Source of the DNA: a virus | Lineage: Duplodnaviria > Caudoviricetes | Length of the DNA stretch: 64,000 bases | Direction: 5' to 3' (one strand) | IMG/VR virus record: IMGVR_UViG_3300001525_000178 | Coordinates: 6,176-70,175 of that record | Part shown: positions 58,121 through 64,000 of the stretch, piece by piece | How positions within the stretch are numbered: the stretch's first letter is position 1 | How the letters are laid out: each line of letters starts with the position of its first letter | Position numbers and translations under genes: made by a program | The notes under the pieces: generated by a model | Seen by the model: the letters and a program-made list of their open reading frames with translations, nothing else | Database searches by the model: none | Told to the model about the DNA's origin: nothing

Positions 58121-58124
58121 ATTT

Positions 58125-58164
58125 ACATAGTACGTTATATGTTTTAAAAAATTATTTTGACAAC
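58125..58164 (-). promoter_or_regulatory. Candidate late promoter (copy 2 of 3)
   Basis: GTTGTCAA-N13-AACATATAAC-GTAC-TATGT immediately upstream of the protease-capsid operon. Confidence 0.7.
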
Positions 58165-58905
58165 CTAATATTTATCGCCAATCAAATCTAAAATTATCAA
58201 AGCAAATTCTTTATGCTCTTTTCCACCGTTTTTGATATAATTATTTAAGAAACTACATACCCTTCTAGATTTTATTCTTGAAGATATTTTTGCTTCTTCA
58301 ATTTCATCTTTGGGTGGTTCAAGATTTAAACTTAAATAACTTTTATTTATTTCGTCCTGTGTAATTCCAATATATCTTTTTGTAACTTCTGGCGTATAAT
58401 GGTTATATATTGTTTGTAATAAGGTAATATCTTTAAACTGTCTATAATGATGATAGCCGAATGTTTTTCTCATTGTATGTGTTCCAACATTCGCTTTAAT
58501 TTCTAGCGCCTTACAGGCTGTTACAATCGCCTTATATACAACAATTCTATCAAGTGGTTTATTATCTTTTCCTTTAAATAAATATTCGTCTTCATTTCTA
58601 TCTTTACAAAAATCATTCAAAAGTTGTTGCAATGAAGTTTTTATTGGAAAAGATTTTGCTTTATTTGTTTTTATTTCACGTAAAACAATTTGCTCTTTAT
58701 TTAAAACATCTTTTACTTTAAAGTTTAACAAATCCGATATGCGTAAACCGCTGTTTACACCAAATTCAAACAAAACAGCATATTTATTTTTATTGTGTTC
58801 GTTTAAATAATCAATTATACGTCTTATATCGTTTTTATCACGTATAGGTTCGACTACTTGTGTGTTTCTTCTTTTTGACTGAACTGTTAATTTTGCTTTC
58901 TTCAT
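58165..58905 (-). CDS. Tyrosine recombinase (XerC-like catalytic domain), probable shufflon invertase
   Basis: GLRISD (R), HTMRKTFGY (HxxR), YNH, KRYIG (Y). Confidence 0.92.
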   Translation of the reverse strand: MKKAKLTVQSKRRNTQVVEPIRDKNDIRRIIDYLNEHNKNKYAVLFEFGVNSGLRISDLLNFKVKDVLNKEQIVLREIKTNKAKSFPIKTSLQQLLNDFCKDRNEDEYLFKGKDNKPLDRIVVYKAIVTACKALEIKANVGTHTMRKTFGYHHYRQFKDITLLQTIYNHYTPEVTKRYIGITQDEINKSYLSLNLEPPKDEIEEAKISSRIKSRRVCSFLNNYIKNGGKEHKEFALIILDLIGDKY

Positions 58906-58990
58906 AAATACCTTCTTTCTTTTTGTTTATGTTTTAATAAAATAAACACATAAATCAAAACGGTATTTCAAAGATATTTACAATACTAAT

Positions 58991-59238
58991 TAGCAAGTTT
59001 AATATTTCAATGGGGTTACGCAAACATACCCGCAAATAAAACCTCTATAGCCGTAAATTTACCTACAGCATTTTCCACAGTATATTCTGCAACCGCAACA
59101 CACTTGTCTAATAATAGTTCGACAAATAGTTATCACATTGTGTCTCTAGCAAGAACTAACACCGCTACCCTAACCTTGTTAGGAGTTTCAGGGAACAGTG
59201 TGAATATGGCGACTGCTTTTCTTGCAGTAGGCTACTAA
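58991..59238 (+). other. Silent fibre-tip cassette 1 with head site TAGCAAG
   Basis: ASLIFQWGYANI...LPTAF...FLAVGY*; no start codon, in-frame stop upstream. Confidence 0.85.
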
Positions 59239-59486
59239 TAGCAAAACTAATCATACAATGGAATAATAGGGCGTCAATGTCATCTACGTATGGTATATAT
59301 CAACTACCTATATCTTTTAGTAGCAACATATACTATGTAGCACCATCAGACGCGACCAATGCGGACGCCAACACAAGTGGAGCAGGTACTTTCTCTATCA
59401 TTAGAGAGAAAACTACTCTATCTGCATTTAAGGTAGTATGTAGTAATATTGCTGGTGCATTTATGTATCTGTGTATAGGCTACTAA
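59239..59486 (+). other. Silent fibre-tip cassette 2 with head site TAGCAAA
   Basis: AKLIIQWNN...LPISF...YLCIGY*. Confidence 0.85.
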
Positions 59487-59487
59487 A

Positions 59488-59759
59488 TAGCAAGTTTAAT
59501 CGTACAATGGACAAAAACATCAGTTATTACTGTAGCAAATAACGTTAGTGTGGTTGTTAAGCCTACTTTTCCAACTGCTTTCAGATATGGGAATAAATAT
59601 CGAACTTTTGCTTGCTTTACAAATGGCTCTGATAGTAACTGGGCACGTACTGGACTACTCGCACACACAAGTGGTACAGCCTCAACTGCACATATATCGT
59701 TCTATTGTCATGACTATACATCAGTAGTCTGTGCTGCCATATTTGCAATAGGCACATAG
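59488..59759 (+). other. Silent fibre-tip cassette 3 with head site TAGCAAG
   Basis: ASLIVQWTK...FPTAF...IFAIGT*. Confidence 0.85.
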
Positions 59760-60007
59760 TAGCAAATTTAATAGTTCAATGGCTGAAAAACGTTATTGTA
59801 GATAAAACCATCTATAAAGACGTTTCTTTACCACTGTCTTTTTCTTCTACTTCTTATGCATTGTTAGGTACGCATGGCACGTCCTCTACTTCTCAAGCCC
59901 CTGCGTCTTGGGTAATAGGGTTGGGGCAATTAAGTGCTAATAAAATCAGAGTTACAACAGGGAGTACAGGGACTGTTGGACAAGACATTTTTGCTATTGG
60001 TTACTAA
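59760..60007 (+). other. Silent fibre-tip cassette 4 with head site TAGCAAA
   Basis: ANLIVQWLK...LPLSF...IFAIGY*. Confidence 0.85.
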
Positions 60008-60232
60008 ATGCCAATAGTAAACCAAAAACATTCAGTATGTTCATTTTTTCTTGAGATGTATTTCTGACTGTAATGTAAAAATAGGAAAGAGTTTTGTTGT
60101 ATGTAGATATATAAAAAGAGGAGTTCTCATTTCTAAACAACGATACTTGAGGAGAATAAAATTTAGGATAGGTAACAGGGAGTGAAACCTGCGTAAAACT
60201 TGAAGATTTCCCCCATTGCAACAAACTTGCTA
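60004..60232 (-). other. Inverted fibre-tip cassette 5 with head site TAGCAAG; 1-nt frameshift in an A6 run
   Basis: ASLLQWGK...LPVTY...; adding one A at 60044-60049 restores ...ECFWFTIGI*. Confidence 0.8.
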
Positions 60233-60607
60233 GTAAAATATGTTGACTGTCTATCAATTACACCAAATATATAAACGTTCGTTGCAGTTGGTCGAACATC
60301 TGTCAAGGTAATACTATATTGTTGTGACGAGAATGGTTTTAGTAATTCTATATTTTCTGTACTAATACTCGTTGAACCTTTATCGTATAAACCACCTTGT
60401 TCACACCAACCATCAGACCAAAGACGATACCATTGTGTACCATCTTCTGATTTACCTGTTTCAACTACGGTAGTGACATTATTTAATCTTACCCCCCCCT
60501 GTGTGGGCTGGGTCGGTATTATAAGCATTTCTATCCATTTTGTCGTTTAATGCTTCTGACCAAACGTCTAAATCTGTGTTAATATTTACATATTTATCTT
60601 CTGCCAT
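60163..60607 (-). CDS. Short fibre-tip gene (gp53-like domain), frameshifted at a G8 tract, abutting the cassette array
   Basis: ATG 60607 MAEDKYVNINTDL...HTGGGKIK-stop; removing one G at 60492-60499 joins VVETG...WYRLWSDGWCEQGG. Confidence 0.8.
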
Positions 60608-60620
60608 TTATCATCGTTCC

Positions 60621-62045
60621 TTAATCTTCTTTTGTAATATCTTCAAGAAGTTTATCGCCACTTCCCTTTTCCAATTGAGATACAACGTTTACTTCACGTC
60701 TTGTAATCCAATCTTGCCATTGGTCTTCTGTAAATTCTGGTGCGTCTTTTCCTAAAATACGTTTAAGAACAACATTGCACATTTCTCTTGTATTTGGTAC
60801 AAGTCCAGATTTATCAGCAGATTGAATAAATAATAATAAGTTTGTTAAATCCAAATCACCAATTTCACTATATTTTAATGTTGGTGCAAGTTTTGGGTCA
60901 ATTAAATTCTTTTCACACAATGGGATAATCAATTTTGTATTCAATTCTGTTGCAATATCATCTAAAATTTCTTTGATAACATTGATAAAAAATTGAATTT
61001 TTGATTGTGATAACCCACCAGATGTTCCAGATTTTTGTGATACAACAAAATAATCGGACAACAATGAAACAGCCATGTTTCTGTTTTCACGTTCAATTAT
61101 TTGGTTTGCGTCTGGAATATTGCCTTGTCCAGCATTTTTAATGTCAACATCAATATATCTTGGCAATACAACTGCACCGTCTGTACCACAACGAATATTT
61201 TGTGCCATATCACGCAATTGTTGTTGAATTGCAAGACATCTTGGGTCTTGTGTGTTTGGGTCAAGAATGTAATCTTCTGTCGTAATTGTTAAAAGACCAT
61301 CAAACCCTCTTTCATATCTGATATTTTCTAATGCACTTATATCTTTTATCTTTTTAAAACTGTCAACACAGTTAGTATAAATCGAATTTCCTTCTGGGTC
61401 TTGATTATTACTTCTAAAAGTAAAATGCAATAATTTATCGTATGGAATTTCAACAAAATCAAAATTAAATGGATTTTTTTGTTCCACACTTACAATCTTT
61501 CGGTTATCATTATCATAGTTCCATTTATTGATTGAACCTTGATAGCGTGGTGCAAGTTTTGCAATACCGATTTTTCCATCGTTATATTTTGATGTTTTTT
61601 CAATATTATTTTTATGACCGTTTCTAACCTTATATACAATTTCGGCTAAAGCAAAGCCATATTGTGGGGCTGTCAAGGCGTCTTTTACTACTCTATCTAG
61701 TGGAATAGCCATATCACATAAACATTCGTCTACGAACGTCTGAACAGCCTTAGCTTCATCGCTATCATCTGCTGGTATTGTTGACCAAGATACAGTATTC
61801 GCCGTTGAAACGTACATATTGTTAAAAGCACCAACGGTAGGGTTAAATCTTACCATTTCTTCCAACATTTTAATTTTGTTTATGCCCCTAAAGTATTCTC
61901 TGGTATCTTTTTTAACCTTGCCAAAAGACATCGGTAAACCACTAATACCATATTCAGCAGTTGTTGTTCTTTTTATTTCTGCCTTTTCAACAGGATTATT
62001 TGATTTGTTCGCATTATCCCTTTTTGTTCGATTTCTTTTTGCCAT
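60621..62045 (-). CDS. Portal protein (DUF935-like)
   Basis: YGFALAEIVY, KLAPR.Q.SI..W, IPYDKLLHF, NPEG-like DPEGNSI; follows TerL. Confidence 0.88.
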   Translation of the reverse strand: MAKRNRTKRDNANKSNNPVEKAEIKRTTTAEYGISGLPMSFGKVKKDTREYFRGINKIKMLEEMVRFNPTVGAFNNMYVSTANTVSWSTIPADDSDEAKAVQTFVDECLCDMAIPLDRVVKDALTAPQYGFALAEIVYKVRNGHKNNIEKTSKYNDGKIGIAKLAPRYQGSINKWNYDNDNRKIVSVEQKNPFNFDFVEIPYDKLLHFTFRSNNQDPEGNSIYTNCVDSFKKIKDISALENIRYERGFDGLLTITTEDYILDPNTQDPRCLAIQQQLRDMAQNIRCGTDGAVVLPRYIDVDIKNAGQGNIPDANQIIERENRNMAVSLLSDYFVVSQKSGTSGGLSQSKIQFFINVIKEILDDIATELNTKLIIPLCEKNLIDPKLAPTLKYSEIGDLDLTNLLLFIQSADKSGLVPNTREMCNVVLKRILGKDAPEFTEDQWQDWITRREVNVVSQLEKGSGDKLLEDITKED

Positions 62046-62078
62046 TTAATATCTGTCCATAAGTTTTATAAAATCTAT

Positions 62079-63770
62079 CTATCTTCTATTTGATACACTA
62101 AATCCACCAAACGCACGTGTTAAGTGAAATTCAGTATCATCTTCATAACAAGCAAAGCAAATACTATCTGCCAAGTCGGTTGAATGTCCGATTTTCTTTC
62201 TGATTGTATCTTTATCCACAATCTTTATCTTCCCATTCTTATCACCATAAGTTAAAACTTGAAGTTCTTTTATTAAATCTTCATTATGTGGCAATAATAA
62301 AGGAAGTTTGCCTTTGCTTTCTTCAACTTCTGACCTACTTGGGTTCATCATTTTTCGCATATACCACCAACATTCATCACGTTTGCGGTCAAAAGTCTTT
62401 TTCTTTTCATCTGATTTTTCTTTTTTATAACCAACTTTTGCATTTGGATTTCCAGCACCAGCACCAGATTGAATGCCGTTTACTTGTAATCCACGTTGTT
62501 TTAAAAGAAGGTATTTATCATATCCTACACCATCTGTTTCAATATTGATATGGTGTACATTATATTCTGTATATTTTTGTTGAATAAAATCAAGAAGTTC
62601 GTTTAATTCAAGATTTACACGTTGGAAGAATATTATCCTATTCCCATTTCTGATTGCAATTGAAGATTTATCAGCACCTGTACCCTTCGCAATATCGACA
62701 CCCATTACGACATCACCTTTTTGCCATAAGGTTTCGTTATTGAAGTTGTACATGCTTTGTTCAATCCAATCGGTTGGAAATAAAGCATTTGAATTGTCGT
62801 TTGGAAATTCGGCAAGATAACGTGTCCTAAATTCATAACTATCAACTGACCTTCCACCTTCAACAAAACAGTTATATGCTTCAATCGGATTTGACAGGTG
62901 TGACCCAAATGTTCCAAGTGCTTTTTTTACATCTTCTTCCCATTGGGTTAAATTATCTTCTTTTTTGTATTTCCAATAATTTGTTTTGCAATATTTATCT
63001 AACTTATTTCGCCAATATAACGGGTCTTTTTCGTCACGTAAATAATCTTCAAGTTTAATATTTGGAAGCACAAAGTTTGGTGTATCAAAGCAACTTATGT
63101 GCATTGTCTTCCAAATGCTACCTTTTTGAAATGAATTATAAAATCTTCCACTATTTCCGTTCGGTAATGTTGTGTTACCAATCATAACTTCACGAATTAC
63201 TTGACCAGAAGCCGTAATCCCACGGAAATCTGAATATTTCTTATCGTCAATACCTTGTGCTTCATCATAAATCGCTAAAACAAATGAGCCGTGTTTACCA
63301 ACGTTTTTGTTTTCACCTTCTGTCGAAACACCCATTATATAGTTTTTCTTTAAATAGCGAATTTCAGCAACATTCTGATTTTCAGATATTTTTGGAAATA
63401 ACTTTAATTGGTCAGTTCCAAGTATTTTTTCTAAGTTTCTATTTGCATTATCAATAAGCGAAAGAATAGGCATGTAAATGTTTTCTTTCACCTGTGCAAA
63501 AGTAGGTGCTGTAAAAATAATAATTGTATTTAAGTTGTCATCTACTATATAACAAAAGAAAAACCAAATTGCAATGCCAGAAAAGATAAATGATTTTCCA
63601 ATTGCGTTGCAAGACCTAATTGAAGTATATCGGTTTTTTTGAACTGCTTTTATCATCTTTTTTTGATGTGGTGCAAGTTTTACGCCTAATACTTCTTTAA
63701 AAAATGCTTCTGGATTTTCTTTCCAATAAGCACGTTTAGCAAGTAGTTTTTCTAATGCCTTATCATTCAT
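62079..63770 (-). CDS. terL: Terminase large subunit
   Basis: PHQ, RSCNAIGKS (Walker A), TAPTFAQV, IYDEAQG (Walker B), nuclease GVDIAKG.GADKS, DLADS. Confidence 0.95.
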   Translation of the reverse strand: MNDKALEKLLAKRAYWKENPEAFFKEVLGVKLAPHQKKMIKAVQKNRYTSIRSCNAIGKSFIFSGIAIWFFFCYIVDDNLNTIIIFTAPTFAQVKENIYMPILSLIDNANRNLEKILGTDQLKLFPKISENQNVAEIRYLKKNYIMGVSTEGENKNVGKHGSFVLAIYDEAQGIDDKKYSDFRGITASGQVIREVMIGNTTLPNGNSGRFYNSFQKGSIWKTMHISCFDTPNFVLPNIKLEDYLRDEKDPLYWRNKLDKYCKTNYWKYKKEDNLTQWEEDVKKALGTFGSHLSNPIEAYNCFVEGGRSVDSYEFRTRYLAEFPNDNSNALFPTDWIEQSMYNFNNETLWQKGDVVMGVDIAKGTGADKSSIAIRNGNRIIFFQRVNLELNELLDFIQQKYTEYNVHHINIETDGVGYDKYLLLKQRGLQVNGIQSGAGAGNPNAKVGYKKEKSDEKKKTFDRKRDECWWYMRKMMNPSRSEVEESKGKLPLLLPHNEDLIKELQVLTYGDKNGKIKIVDKDTIRKKIGHSTDLADSICFACYEDDTEFHLTRAFGGFSVSNRR

Positions 63771-63905
63771 TCAATCAAAAGTCCTTCTGTAAAATGTTGT
63801 TTTGTTTTCAATATTTCCTTAAAGAAAAGAGCCAGAACCTTTTTTATAAGATAATGGCTCAAAAAACTTTAAGGACGATTGAATTGATTTTTAAACAGAT
63901 ATTTT

Positions 63906-63945
63906 ACATAGTACGTTATATGTTATAAAAAATGGATTTGACAAC
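63906..63945 (-). promoter_or_regulatory. Candidate late promoter (copy 3 of 3)
   Basis: GTTGTCAA-N13-AACATATAAC-GTAC-TATGT upstream of terL. Confidence 0.7.
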
Positions 63946-64000
63946 TTAGATATTATTTTATCTATTTTTTGCTATAAGAGATAAAAAGTTTAAAATATTA

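Larger units (their letters stand above)
1..64000 (-). other. Segment of a tailed dsDNA phage genome (contractile-tail/myovirus-type gene set)
   Basis: Terminase, portal, protease, capsid, sheath, tube, tape measure, baseplate, fibres, lysin and replication genes, all co-oriented on the minus strand; no host housekeeping loci seen. Confidence 0.97.

Noticed and set aside
58165-58905. Recombinase as a lysogeny integrase
   Set aside because: It lacks an arm-binding N-terminal domain, no repressor or att site was seen, and it abuts the cassette array; not fully excluded
58991-59770. CRISPR array (short repeat recurring about every 248 bp)
   Set aside because: The repeat is short and degenerate, the intervening segments are ~240-nt homologous open frames, and no cas genes are present
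58991-60232. Diversity-generating retroelement (TR/VR) interpretation of the cassettes
   Set aside because: No reverse transcriptase in the window, and the cassettes differ throughout rather than only at adenines; the adjacent enzyme is a tyrosine recombinase
63938-63943. TTGACA within the late motif as a plus-strand sigma70 promoter
   Set aside because: No good -10 box at 17 bp in any of the three copies; conservation lies on the other side of the hexamer

Overview
The window is 64 kb of an AT-rich tailed-phage genome with essentially all real genes on the minus strand; the many short plus-strand ORFs are mostly shadows. The genes for a contractile tail (sheath, tube, baseplate J) indicate a myovirus-type phage. 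Positions 1-34 kb are the early/replication region: DnaE polymerase, DnaB helicase, DnaG primase with a 306-aa intein, SSB, UvrD-like helicase, RuvC-like resolvase, PD-(D/E)XK nuclease, a phage sigma factor, four DNA methyltransferase genes, homing endonucleases and a non-coding tRNA/ncRNA operon. At least 14 near-consensus sigma70 promoters drive this region. Positions 34-64 kb hold lysis, tail, head, portal and terminase genes, with a distinct 40-bp candidate late promoter present three times. The most notable system is a two-layer receptor-binding diversification locus. (1) A tyrosine recombinase sits beside five start-less fibre-tip cassettes (LIxQW...AxGY*), each headed by a TAGCAA(A/G) site, four facing one way and one inverted, like a shufflon. 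(2) Two paralogous short fibre-tip genes are each broken at the equivalent position by a G8 tract, the only C8/G8 runs I saw. Other oddities are an 8-nt insertion splitting the endolysin at its first catalytic His, a tRNA body with a 44-nt branched insert in the anticodon loop, and a roughly 370-nt structured RNA in the tRNA cluster. All calls come from reading motifs by eye; no database search was run and the host cannot be assigned from this.
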